A DNA stretch of 24,187 nucleotides from a virus (taxonomy: Duplodnaviria; Caudoviricetes), in the IMG/VR virus record IMGVR_UViG_3300025114_000046, positions 1 through 24,187 of that record; one strand, given 5' to 3'. Below are positions 1 through 9,482 of this stretch, in pieces. Under the pieces are notes generated by a model, which saw nothing but the letters and a program-made list of their open reading frames with translations, was not told the origin of the DNA and did no database searches. Numbering within the stretch: the stretch's first letter is position 1; every line of letters starts with the position of its first letter. A program made the translations under genes and the position numbers.

Positions 1-1
1 A

Positions 2-2707
2 CACGTTTCAATGAAAGCGGCAGGTATGGAAGTAAGTGGAACTGCTATGAGACAATTACTTGGATCACCAAAATATGCTGATGATAGAGAACGAAGATTT
101 AAAAAGTATTTTGGGTATTTTGATAAAGGTGTTTATAATATGATGGTAAACAAATTTAAAAAATTATTTGAAGATTTTAAATTGAATGATAGTATAATAG
201 AAGAGTTTTTAATTTATAATAATATAAATAAAATTATAAAAGAAGGAAGTTCAACTTTAACTTCACCAACAGATGATGGCCCCCCAACATTTTATAGAGG
301 ATTTAGTGATTATAAAGCAAATTCTAAAAAATGGATAGATTCATTATATATTGATAAGGGTTGGGAAATTATTGATTATATGTTGGGTAAACATGCACTT
401 AATCCTGATTTTGATTATACATTAAAATATTCTATTGTACCTGCAGTATCATATGATAAAACTGAAAAATATAAAAAACATATAGAAGATGTAGTTTTAA
501 GAAATTTAGGATATGAGATTATTAAATGGTTGGGGTTAACTGATACTGAAAAAGATGTAAAAGGAGTTGATGTTCCATCACCAGTATTACCTGGAGCAGA
601 TGGTGAAACTGAAAATACAGATTTAAAAGAAAGAATTAATTTAAATGAAGAAGTAAAATTAATACTTGAAGTAGATAGAATGACTTTAGAAGAAGGTGTT
701 AAGTTTAATAACTTTTTAAAAGATTGGTCTAAAAAAGCAAAACAACCACTTAATAGAGTTAGAAAAACAATGATGAATAAGAATACATTTTCTATTGCTA
801 AATTAAATGATTTTAGTGTTGATAAAGTATTTAAAAACGCTAAAAAGGGATATAAAAGAGCATCAATTGTATTTCATTATTTACCAGATAAATTAGCAAA
901 AAAGATTCAAAATACAAAAGTAATGAAAAAGAAAGATGAGTATCTTAAACAAGCAGACGAGTTTTTGCAAAAACATCCTAAAACAAAGAAAGTAGTTATG
1001 ATGGGAGCTGCAGCAACTGTAACTTATATGTGGACACAAATGACTTTCGTTGGAGAACCAGATTATGATTTCGATTTATCTGGTGTAGCAGGAGCAGCTG
1101 TTGGAGCTAAAAATTTAAAAGATTTATTTGGTGGTACTGAGGGTTCTAAATTTCTTACTTTATTCGTAACTGGAAAAGCTATGGGATTGACGATGCCGTA
1201 TCCTGGTAAAACTATAGCTAAATTTGCAGTAGGTATATCTTATGGTGCTCGTAAATTATATAAACAAAAGAAAGCACAAAAAGCCGCTGATGCTGAAAAG
1301 AAAACGAAAACATCTGTACCAGATACAGTAAAAAATCCTAATCCAAAAGGTAGAAAGAAAACAGTTAGTCGTCAAAGTGCAGTTCAATGGGTAGCGAAAA
1401 CTAAAGGAACTAAAGCTGCACAAAAATATGTAAGTAGTTTGTCTGAAATAATAAATTTAGATAAAGAAGTACAGTTACTTATTGAAGGTGGTGCATATGG
1501 GCACATGAATCATCCGTTTGATGATAAAAAACTTACATTTTCAGATTTAAAGAACATAATTATTATGGGATTGGGTGGTAAACTTAGTCGTGAAGATGGA
1601 GTTACAGAAAAACTTGATGGTCAAAATTTAATGATTTCTTGGGTAAACGGTAAATTAGTTACAGCTCGAAATAAAGGTCAATTGAAAAATTTTGGTGCAA
1701 CAGCGATGGATATTAAAGGAGTTGCGTCTAAATTTACAGGAAGAGGTGATATTAGAGACGCTTTTGTTTTTGCCATGAAAGATTTAAATAAATCAATAGG
1801 TTCTTTATCTGATAAACAAAAGGAAAAGATTTTTGGTAATGGTAAAATATGGATGAATTTAGAAGTCATGTGGCCTAAGTCATCAAATGTAATAGACTAT
1901 GATAAAGCTCAAATAGTATTTCATGGTACTCTGGAATATGATGATAGTGGAAATCCTATTGGACAACCGAAAGGGTCTGCAAGAATATTAGCGGGTATGA
2001 TTAAGCAGGTTAATCAACACGTACAAAAACATTTTCAGATAGGTAAACCTCAGTTTTTAACAGTACCAAAAGTACAAGATTTTGGTAAAAAGAAAAATGT
2101 ATATTTAAATAGATTAAAGAAATTACAGAATGAATATAAGTTAAAAAGTAATGATACTCTTGCAGTATATCATCAAAGGTTTTGGGAAGAGTTTATTTTT
2201 AACGCGTCAAAACAAATGAAGTATAAAATACCAAATAAAGTTTTAGTTAATTTAACTAAGAGGTGGGCATTTTTTGATAAGTCGTATAAGATACCAATGA
2301 TGAAAAAGGATATAGATAATAAAAAATTTTTAGATTGGGCATTATCATTTGATAAAAATGATCATTCAAAATGGGTGAAACAAAATATGAAACCATTTGA
2401 AGTATTGTTTTTTGATGTTGGTGCTGAAATATTAAAAAATATTAGTGGTTATTTATCGGCGTCACCAAAGAAAGCTGTTCAAAAAATAAGAAAAGATATT
2501 ATTAACGCGATAAGAACAGTAAAAAGTGGTGGAGATATTAAAAAAATAGAAACATTAAAACATCAATTAGATAAATTAAATAAAATTGGTGGATTGAAAT
2601 CAATAGTTCCAACAGAGGGTATAGTTTTTAAATATAAAGGTAATACTTATAAGTTTACTGGGGCGTTTGCACCTGTAAATCAAATTGTAGGTTTGTTAAA
2701 TTTTTAA
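2..2707 (+). CDS. 5'-truncated multidomain protein: C-terminal end of a probable HIGH-type nucleotidyltransferase (cytidylyltransferase-like) domain, internal modules, and a C-terminal ATP-dependent ligase-like (covalent nucleotidyltransferase) domain
   Basis: The frame is open from base 2 (HVSMKAAGMEVSGTAMRQLL), so the ORF-track start at 11 is probably not the true start. VSGTxxRxLL resembles the ISGTxIR/KMSKS-equivalent motif. The C-terminal domain has EKLDG (1607-1621, motif I KxDG), ARNKG, NLEV, EGIV (2615-2626, motif IV) and a downstream Lys (YKFTG, motif V-like). Confidence 0.6.
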   Translation, partial: HVSMKAAGMEVSGTAMRQLLGSPKYADDRERRFKKYFGYFDKGVYNMMVNKFKKLFEDFKLNDSIIEEFLIYNNINKIIKEGSSTLTSPTDDGPPTFYRGFSDYKANSKKWIDSLYIDKGWEIIDYMLGKHALNPDFDYTLKYSIVPAVSYDKTEKYKKHIEDVVLRNLGYEIIKWLGLTDTEKDVKGVDVPSPVLPGADGETENTDLKERINLNEEVKLILEVDRMTLEEGVKFNNFLKDWSKKAKQPLNRVRKTMMNKNTFSIAKLNDFSVDKVFKNAKKGYKRASIVFHYLPDKLAKKIQNTKVMKKKDEYLKQADEFLQKHPKTKKVVMMGAAATVTYMWTQMTFVGEPDYDFDLSGVAGAAVGAKNLKDLFGGTEGSKFLTLFVTGKAMGLTMPYPGKTIAKFAVGISYGARKLYKQKKAQKAADAEKKTKTSVPDTVKNPNPKGRKKTVSRQSAVQWVAKTKGTKAAQKYVSSLSEIINLDKEVQLLIEGGAYGHMNHPFDDKKLTFSDLKNIIIMGLGGKLSREDGVTEKLDGQNLMISWVNGKLVTARNKGQLKNFGATAMDIKGVASKFTGRGDIRDAFVFAMKDLNKSIGSLSDKQKEKIFGNGKIWMNLEVMWPKSSNVIDYDKAQIVFHGTLEYDDSGNPIGQPKGSARILAGMIKQVNQHVQKHFQIGKPQFLTVPKVQDFGKKKNVYLNRLKKLQNEYKLKSNDTLAVYHQRFWEEFIFNASKQMKYKIPNKVLVNLTKRWAFFDKSYKIPMMKKDIDNKKFLDWALSFDKNDHSKWVKQNMKPFEVLFFDVGAEILKNISGYLSASPKKAVQKIRKDIINAIRTVKSGGDIKKIETLKHQLDKLNKIGGLKSIVPTEGIVFKYKGNTYKFTGAFAPVNQIVGLLNF

Positions 2708-2715
2708 GGAATGTT

Positions 2716-3261
2716 ATGATTGGAAAAAGTAAAGAAGCAGAAAGACAGAATAATGCTTTAAAATCTATTTTAAAAGGTGAAAAACCAGAAAAACGTGTAT
2801 TTTTTGGATATGAAGGTGATAAAAAATTAGCTAAAAAAGAATTTGAGGAAACTCAAAGACAAATTGAAGAGAAATTAGAAGCAACTAAAGAAGCAAGAAT
2901 GCCTTGGTTTTGTCCTGAATGTGATAAAGTTATGAAAAAACGTTTAGATAATAGAATGTGGTATTTATATGGTCATTGTTTTGATTGTCAAATAGATGTT
3001 GAACATAAAATGAAAATAGCGGGTGTTTATGATGAGTGGGAAGAAGAAAAGATAAAAACGAATAAATTAGCGTGGTTACAAGATAAAAAACAAGAACTTA
3101 TAGAATTTAAAAAACAGAAAACTCCAACTTTTTATAATCAAGTTAGACCAGATGGTTATAGTGTAGATAAAGAAACTTGGAATATGGGTGTTGAAAATAT
3201 TGATAAATTAGCAAATGAAGCACTTAAACATTTAGAAAAAATAGAAGAATCATTAAAGTAG
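2716..3261 (+). CDS. Hypothetical zinc-finger protein (CPEC...CFDC)
   Basis: 181-aa ORF with two CxxC pairs and an AAGGA Shine-Dalgarno upstream. Confidence 0.6.
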   Translation: MIGKSKEAERQNNALKSILKGEKPEKRVFFGYEGDKKLAKKEFEETQRQIEEKLEATKEARMPWFCPECDKVMKKRLDNRMWYLYGHCFDCQIDVEHKMKIAGVYDEWEEEKIKTNKLAWLQDKKQELIEFKKQKTPTFYNQVRPDGYSVDKETWNMGVENIDKLANEALKHLEKIEESLK

Positions 3262-3262
3262 T

Positions 3263-3270
3263 ATATTTAT
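3263..3270 (+). promoter_or_regulatory. Putative late promoter motif ATATTTAT
   Basis: TATATTTATATA in the intergenic gap, followed by AGGAGA SD; the same octamer is in all six large gaps. Confidence 0.65.
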
Positions 3271-3290
3271 ATATAGGAGATTTTTAATAT

Positions 3291-3614
3291 ATGAAAGTAA
3301 AAGAGATATTTTTGTGGTTGGTTGGAATTGTTGGTGCTCTTTTTGGAATGTCAGCTGTTTTAGGAAGAAAAAATAGTACAAAAGTAAAAGAATTAAAAAA
3401 AGCTATTAAAAATAATGTTAAACAAGAAAAACAAGTTACACAAGAATTAAAAAAGTTAGAAACAAATAAAACAAGAAATAAAAAAGAAATAACTCAATTA
3501 AAAAGAAAATTAACAAAAACAAAAAAAGATATAACAAAAATGAAAAAAGATTTTGATAATGTAGACGTAGAGGACGCTACAGATTTTTTAAGAAATTTTT
3601 CTAAAAATAAATAG
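3291..3614 (+). CDS. Membrane-anchored coiled-coil protein (possible i-spanin-like)
   Basis: N-terminal hydrophobic helix (IFLWLVGIVGALFGMSAVLG) followed by a Lys-rich heptad coiled coil; SD AGGAGA at 3275-3280. Confidence 0.4.
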   Translation: MKVKEIFLWLVGIVGALFGMSAVLGRKNSTKVKELKKAIKNNVKQEKQVTQELKKLETNKTRNKKEITQLKRKLTKTKKDITKMKKDFDNVDVEDATDFLRNFSKNK

Positions 3615-3624
3615 GAGAAAGTAA

Positions 3625-3939
3625 GTGGCTGAAACAAAACGAGGAGCTCATAATACAACCAATGTAGGAGTTCATACTACTACACCAGAAGTAAGAGCAT
3701 TAGGTAAATATAATAAAGTATATAATGTTAGTGGTTCAGGAGATGGTGTTGCAACAGTATTTGAAGCTACCGCTTCAAACCGCGGTGCGAAAGCTTTTAT
3801 TGTTAATACTGCTGGAAATTCTGTGATAACTACAACTCACGGTGGTTCATTAACAGCATCCAATTTGAATGCAAAAAGTGTGTATGAGATGTCTGTATTG
3901 AAAGTTTCTGGAAGTGGTAATATAGATTTATTATATTAA
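3625..3939 (+). CDS. Hypothetical small beta-rich protein, probably structural
   Basis: GTG start with AGGAGA SD; Gly/Ser/Thr-rich with VSGSG motifs like the virion proteins at the end of the window. Confidence 0.5.
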   Translation: MAETKRGAHNTTNVGVHTTTPEVRALGKYNKVYNVSGSGDGVATVFEATASNRGAKAFIVNTAGNSVITTTHGGSLTASNLNAKSVYEMSVLKVSGSGNIDLLY

Positions 3940-3940
3940 T

Positions 3941-4312
3941 ATGAAATATGTTTGGTTTATATTATTATTAACATGCTGTACTATAGGACAAACAACATTA
4001 TCAGATGAAGAAATTAAAGGGATATATAAAAATATCAAATTACTTCAAGTTGAAAATGATAGTTTAAAACAAATTAATAATATAAATAATGTATTAATTA
4101 CAAAATATGAAGTTCAAGCTAAAACAGACTCCTTATTATTAGTTAAAAAGAATGAATATATTGAACTTTTAAATAATAAGACAACTTTATTAGAAGAAAA
4201 AGTAAAAGTAGTTAAACCAAAATGGTATGACAATAAATATCTTTGGTATGGATATGGAATTTTTAGTATTGTTGTTCCAGTTTGGATAACAAGTCAAATA
4301 CCAGGAATTTAA
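3941..4312 (+). CDS. Secreted or membrane coiled-coil protein (possible spanin component)
   Basis: Signal-like N-terminus MKYVWFILLLTCC (possible lipobox Cys), central coiled coil, C-terminal hydrophobic segment (LWYGYGIFSIVVPVWI). Confidence 0.4.
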   Translation: MKYVWFILLLTCCTIGQTTLSDEEIKGIYKNIKLLQVENDSLKQINNINNVLITKYEVQAKTDSLLLVKKNEYIELLNNKTTLLEEKVKVVKPKWYDNKYLWYGYGIFSIVVPVWITSQIPGI

Positions 4313-5896
4313 ATGGAAAGAAATGATAAAGGTCAATTAAAAGACGCAATCAAATCAGAATATTTGAAATGTGCACAAGACCCAGTATATTTTATGAAAA
4401 AATATTGTATGATTCAGCATCCAATAAAAGGAAAAATACCATTTTATTTATATGATTTTCAAGAAAAAGTTATTGAAGATTTTATGCAATATGATTATAA
4501 TGTGATTTTAAAAGCTAGACAATTAGGTATTTCTACTTTAACTGCAGGATACTCTTTATGGATGATGACTTTTCATAATGATAAAAATATTTTGGTTATT
4601 GCTACTAAACAAGATACTGCAAAAAATTTAGTAACAAAAGTTCGTGTGATGCATGCAAATTTACCAAGTTGGTTAAAACAAAAATGTGTTGAGGATAATA
4701 AATTATCATTAAGATATAAAAATGGTTCACAAGTGAAAGCTATTTCAAGTAGAGAAGAAGCCGGTCGTTCAGAATCTTTGTCCTTATTAATTCTTGATGA
4801 GGCAGCATTTATTGAGAGAATAGATTCTATTTGGGCATCAGCACAACAGACACTTGCAACAGGTGGTAGGTGTATTGCACTTTCTACTCCGAATGGTGTT
4901 GGTAATTGGTTTCATAAAACATGGGTAGACGCCGAAGATGGATTAAATAAATTTAATTTTTTAAGATTACATTGGTCATTACATCCAGATAGAGATGATG
5001 CATGGAGAAAAGAACAAGATAAATTACTTGGCCCTTCTATGGCGGCACAAGAATGTGATTGTGACTTTATTACTTCAGGTAGAACAGTAATTGATGGTCT
5101 TATAATTGAAGAATGTAGATTAGAATCTGTAAAAGAACCACTGGAAAAGAGAGGTGTTGATTCTAATATTTGGATATGGGAGCCTCCAAATTATATAAAA
5201 GATTATATAGTATGTGCTGATGTAAGCAGAGGAGATGGAACTGATTATTCAGCGTTTCATATAATTGAATTAGAAAAAGTTGAACAAGTTGCAGAATATA
5301 AGGGTAGAATCTCAACAAGAGATTTTGGAAATATGTTAGTTAATATTTCAAAAGAATATAATGATGCATTATTAGTTATTGAAAATAATAATATTGGGTG
5401 GGCAACTATTCAACAAGTAATAGATAGAGATTATGATAATTTATTTTATATGAGTAAAGATTTACAATATGTAGATACACAAAAACAAATTAATAATAAA
5501 ATTAATAGAATGGAAAAACAACTTGTTCCTGGCTTTACAGTAACATCAAAAACAAGACCATTAGTAATTTCAAAATTGGAAGAGTTTTTTAGAGAAAAAG
5601 CGGTATTAGTACATTCGCAAAGATTAATTGATGAACTTTTTGTATTTATATATAATGGAAGTAGAGCTGAAGCTATGATAGGATATAATGATGATTTAGT
5701 AATGTCATTTGGTATTGGATTGTGGATTAGAGAAACGGCATTAAGATTAAGAGCAGAAGGCATAGAACTTCAGAAAAAAACAATGTCTGGTATAACATCT
5801 AATCAAGGTGTTTATATGCCAGAAAATAATGAAAATGATTCTTGGCAATGGGAAGTTGATAAGAAAAAAGAATCATTAGAATGGTTAATTAACTAA
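4313..5896 (+). CDS. terL: Terminase large subunit (T4 gp17-like)
   Basis: LYDFQ adenine-binding motif, Walker A LKARQLGIST, Walker B LLILDEAAF, coupling motif STPNG, RNase H-like nuclease motifs CADVSRGDGTDYSA and YNDDLVMS. Confidence 0.95.
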   Translation: MERNDKGQLKDAIKSEYLKCAQDPVYFMKKYCMIQHPIKGKIPFYLYDFQEKVIEDFMQYDYNVILKARQLGISTLTAGYSLWMMTFHNDKNILVIATKQDTAKNLVTKVRVMHANLPSWLKQKCVEDNKLSLRYKNGSQVKAISSREEAGRSESLSLLILDEAAFIERIDSIWASAQQTLATGGRCIALSTPNGVGNWFHKTWVDAEDGLNKFNFLRLHWSLHPDRDDAWRKEQDKLLGPSMAAQECDCDFITSGRTVIDGLIIEECRLESVKEPLEKRGVDSNIWIWEPPNYIKDYIVCADVSRGDGTDYSAFHIIELEKVEQVAEYKGRISTRDFGNMLVNISKEYNDALLVIENNNIGWATIQQVIDRDYDNLFYMSKDLQYVDTQKQINNKINRMEKQLVPGFTVTSKTRPLVISKLEEFFREKAVLVHSQRLIDELFVFIYNGSRAEAMIGYNDDLVMSFGIGLWIRETALRLRAEGIELQKKTMSGITSNQGVYMPENNENDSWQWEVDKKKESLEWLIN

Positions 5897-5906
5897 GAGG
5901 TAAAAA

Positions 5907-7763
5907 ATGGCTGATAAAGATTTATTCAGTAGATTAAAAAGATTATTTTCTACAAATGTAATTGTTAGAAATGTAGGTGGTAGAAAATTAAAAGTTGCTG
6001 ATACAAGTAGATTTCAATCTATAGCAAAACAAAATCTTATAGATAGATATCAGAAAATTTATACAGGTGCAGGTTTAAGCGGTTATACAGATTCTATGTT
6101 AACAAAGTCAATGAGATTGAATTTGTTTAAAGATTATGAATCAATGGATAGTGATGCAATTATATCTTCTGCATTAGATATTTATGCAGATGAATCTACG
6201 ATGAAATCAGAGTATGGAGATGTTTTAGAGATTAAAACAGATAATGATAATGTTAAAGCTATATTACATAATTTATTTTATGATATATTGAATATAGAAT
6301 TTAATTTATGGCCTTGGATTCGTAATATGTGTAAATATGGAGATTTCTTTTTAAAATTAGAAATTGATGAAAAATATGGAATTAAAAATGTAATACCGTT
6401 ATCGGTTTATGATGTTGCTCGTATTGAAGGGATTGATGAAGATAATCCTCATTATGTAAAATATTTTTTGGAAACTCTTGACACTCAACATAGGTACTCA
6501 GCTGGTAATACAGCTCATCAAAAACAAGAATTAGAAAATTATGAAGTAGCACATTTTAGATTACTATCAGATTCTAATTATTTGCCATACGGTAAATCAC
6601 AAGTTGAAGGTGGACGTAAAATTTGGAAACAATTAGTTCTTATGGAAGATGCTATGTTAATTCATAGGATTATGAGAGCACCAGAAAAAAGAGTTTTTAA
6701 ATTAGATATTGGTAATATTCCACCAAGCGAAGTTGATAATTATATGCAAAAAATTATTAATAAGATGAAGAAAGCACCAGTTGTAGATACAGAGACTGGT
6801 GATTATAATTTAAAATATAATATGCAGAACATTACAGAGGATTTTTTCTTACCTGTTCGTGGTGGAGATAGTGGAACAAGTATTGATTCATTACCAGGTT
6901 TGACCTATGAAGCTATAGATGATATTGAATATCTTAAAAATAAATTGCTAGCGTCATTGCGAATACCAAAAGCGTTTTTAGGATTTGAAGAACAAATTGG
7001 TTCTAAAGCTACTTTAGCCGCAGAAGATGTTCGTTTTGCAAGAACTATTGAAAGAATACAAAGAATCACAGTATCGGAATTAACAAAGATTGCTATTGTT
7101 CATTTGTATGCACAAGGTTATCAAGATGCTGATTTAGTTAATTTCGATTTGGGATTAACAAATCCATCTACAATATATGAACAAGAAAAAGTTGAGTTAT
7201 GGAATAATAAAACATCTTTAGCAGCGTCGATGGTACAAGATGGATTGGTTTCTTCAGAATGGATTTATAAAAATATATTTGGATTTACAGATGATGAAAT
7301 GAAAGAATTAGATAATCAAATTGTATATGATTATAAACAAAAATTCCGTCGCGGTCAGATTGAAAATGAAGGAAATGATCCTGCAGAAAGTGGTGAAGCA
7401 ACTGGAACACCGTCTGATATGGCAATGGGTAGAACTGGTCATGAGTTAGAAGATGAGGGTGGAAGTCCTGAAGGTGGACAAGAAGGAGCAGGTAGACCAA
7501 AAGAGGGCCCAAAGTATGGTAAAGATGGTTCTGCACGGGGTAGAGATCCATTAGGAGCTCATGATAAAAAGAAAGGTGCGAGTGGAAGTCCCAAATATGG
7601 TACTGCATATAAAGGCGGCAGTTCATTAGCTCTTGCACATTTAGACTTATTAAAGAAATCAATGGGTAAAAAGAACAGAGAAATCATAACTGAAACATCT
7701 GATGTGGAAACGGAGTATCAGAAGGAAATAACTTCTGTTAATAACGGTGATGAAGATGAATAA
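5907..7763 (+). CDS. gp20: Portal protein (T4 gp20-like)
   Basis: Follows TerL; motifs LMEDAMLIHRIMRAPEKRVFKLDIGN, EDFFLPVRGG, IDSLPG, DDIEYL, EDVRFARTIERIQ match the gp20 family. Confidence 0.92.
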   Translation: MADKDLFSRLKRLFSTNVIVRNVGGRKLKVADTSRFQSIAKQNLIDRYQKIYTGAGLSGYTDSMLTKSMRLNLFKDYESMDSDAIISSALDIYADESTMKSEYGDVLEIKTDNDNVKAILHNLFYDILNIEFNLWPWIRNMCKYGDFFLKLEIDEKYGIKNVIPLSVYDVARIEGIDEDNPHYVKYFLETLDTQHRYSAGNTAHQKQELENYEVAHFRLLSDSNYLPYGKSQVEGGRKIWKQLVLMEDAMLIHRIMRAPEKRVFKLDIGNIPPSEVDNYMQKIINKMKKAPVVDTETGDYNLKYNMQNITEDFFLPVRGGDSGTSIDSLPGLTYEAIDDIEYLKNKLLASLRIPKAFLGFEEQIGSKATLAAEDVRFARTIERIQRITVSELTKIAIVHLYAQGYQDADLVNFDLGLTNPSTIYEQEKVELWNNKTSLAASMVQDGLVSSEWIYKNIFGFTDDEMKELDNQIVYDYKQKFRRGQIENEGNDPAESGEATGTPSDMAMGRTGHELEDEGGSPEGGQEGAGRPKEGPKYGKDGSARGRDPLGAHDKKKGASGSPKYGTAYKGGSSLALAHLDLLKKSMGKKNREIITETSDVETEYQKEITSVNNGDEDE

Positions 7764-7778
7764 ATATTGTATAACTTT

Positions 7779-7786
7779 ATATTTAT
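7779..7786 (+). promoter_or_regulatory. Putative late promoter motif ATATTTAT
   Basis: TTTATATTTATATT in the gap after the portal gene. Confidence 0.65.
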
Positions 7787-7829
7787 ATTTGGGTAACTGT
7801 AATTACAAGATGATATGGAGTATTTTATA

Positions 7830-8699
7830 ATGACTCGAAAACTAAAGCATTCTAAAATAAAGAATACCAGTATTCTTTTTGAATTGTTAACAAGACAAAT
7901 AACGGCCGACGTTTTAAATGATAAAAAATCACAGTCGGTAGCGATAATGAAAAAATATTTTAATGAAAAGACTGAATTAGGTAAAGAATTACAATTATAC
8001 CAAATTTTATCTGAAAAACATTATAGTACAGAAGATAGAGCGACACAATTATTGGAAACTGTATTAAAATCAAGAAAAAGATTAAGTAATACTGTACTTA
8101 GACGTGAAAAATATAATTTAATAAAACAAATTAAAGAAACTTATAGTGTAAATGATTTTTTTAATGGTCGTATTTCAAATTATAGATTGTTAGCGTCAAT
8201 ATATAAAGTATTTCAATCTGAAACATCTAATGATATATTTGATCCAGAACATACAGTTAATTCAAAATTTACTATTTTAGAACATATTACAACTAAAAGA
8301 ACTAATGTTAGTGTTAAACAAAATAAAATTATAGAATCATATAAAGAAAAAGATAAGGATTTGAGATTACTTACTTATCAAATTCTTGTAGATAAGTTTA
8401 ATAGTAAATATAAAACATTAGATGAGTCTCAAAAAGTGTTATTAAAGAAATATATTAATAACATTTCTAATACAAATTCATTAAGAGAGTTCATAGATTC
8501 AGAATCTATTGGAATAATGAAAGAATTAAAAAAACAACTACCAAAAGTAAAAGATAAAATTACAAAGATAAAGTTAACAGAAGCGGTAAATCAAATAGAT
8601 AATCTTACAAAAGGAAGAGTTGTTAAAGATAAACAGGTTTTAACTTTAATGAGATATTATGAATTAATTAAGGAGTTGAAAAATGTCCATAAACCTTGA
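7830..8699 (+). CDS. Hypothetical helical protein, probably head assembly
   Basis: The ORF track gives 7815, but GGAG at 7817-7820 favours the ATG at 7830 (MTRKLKHSKIKN); lies between portal and protease. Confidence 0.6.
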   Translation: MTRKLKHSKIKNTSILFELLTRQITADVLNDKKSQSVAIMKKYFNEKTELGKELQLYQILSEKHYSTEDRATQLLETVLKSRKRLSNTVLRREKYNLIKQIKETYSVNDFFNGRISNYRLLASIYKVFQSETSNDIFDPEHTVNSKFTILEHITTKRTNVSVKQNKIIESYKEKDKDLRLLTYQILVDKFNSKYKTLDESQKVLLKKYINNISNTNSLREFIDSESIGIMKELKKQLPKVKDKITKIKLTEAVNQIDNLTKGRVVKDKQVLTLMRYYELIKELKNVHKP

Positions 8700-9267
8700 A
8701 ACTTTAAGAAATTTTATTAGAGAAATAATAGAACAAGAATTACAGGAAGCATCTGTAACAGGTAATATAGATGGTGGTGAAGGCCCCCCTAAAACTCCTT
8801 ATGCATTTAAGAAAAAGAAAAAGAAAAAAGACGAATCTATGTCTGAAGCTAAGTTTCATATAAGAACAGATTTTGGTAGCGTTTTGATTGACGCTGGTTC
8901 TAAGGGTGAAGCTAAAATGATTGTTGCTAAAAAAATAAAGGGCGGTGTTAAAGCTATTATAAGTGTTAATAGAGTAGGTGTTTCTAAAGCAAAACAAGTT
9001 GATAAAAAGATTGAGTCTGTAACAGAAGGTAAATATCACGATTATAGAAATGATGATTCGATGTCACCAAAACAAAAAATTGGTTACTCGATGAGAGAGG
9101 TACGTGATAAGCTAAACGAGTTAGATAAACTTGTTAAAATGAACGTGAGATTTAAAAATGAAGTAGGTGTTGATTCTACATCCTATTGGAAAAATACTCA
9201 CGTGGCTATGAAAAAAATTAGTGAAAGGTTAGTTAAGTTAGCGAATAAAGTCGGCCAACTGTATTAA
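8683..9267 (+). CDS. Putative internal head protein with ExxxE-delimited modules
   Basis: AAGGAG SD; N-terminal LRNFIREIIEQELQE leader; ESMSE (8833-8847) and ESVTE (9013-9027) flank a basic module of about 55 aa. Confidence 0.55.
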   Translation: MSINLETLRNFIREIIEQELQEASVTGNIDGGEGPPKTPYAFKKKKKKKDESMSEAKFHIRTDFGSVLIDAGSKGEAKMIVAKKIKGGVKAIISVNRVGVSKAKQVDKKIESVTEGKYHDYRNDDSMSPKQKIGYSMREVRDKLNELDKLVKMNVRFKNEVGVDSTSYWKNTHVAMKKISERLVKLANKVGQLY

Positions 9268-9278
9268 TCTTTAATATT

Positions 9279-9482
9279 ATGCAAAATCCATCTTGGAATA
9301 GAGATGGACTTACTTTTTTAGGAAGATTGTTAAGTCTATCTAATTTGAAGCGGCGTTGGCTTATAGAAGAAACTAAAGTCAAGGGTGAAGAACCAAATAA
9401 GATTGAAACAATTAAATTTGTTGATAGATGGATTAAACGATTGGAAGATATGAGAGAAGAAATTATAAGAGCTAGAAGTTAA
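9279..9482 (+). CDS. Hypothetical protein
   Basis: 67-aa ORF exactly filling the gap; abuts the next gene via TAAATG. Confidence 0.55.
   Translation: MQNPSWNRDGLTFLGRLLSLSNLKRRWLIEETKVKGEEPNKIETIKFVDRWIKRLEDMREEIIRARS

Noticed and set aside
5643-5650. Intragenic TATTTATA in terL as a portal promoter
   Set aside because: Lacks the leading A of the intergenic consensus, and such matches are expected by chance in AT-rich coding DNA
4313-7763. Intein or intron in terminase or portal
   Set aside because: Lengths are ordinary, motifs are contiguous, and no intein splice motifs or frame breaks were seen
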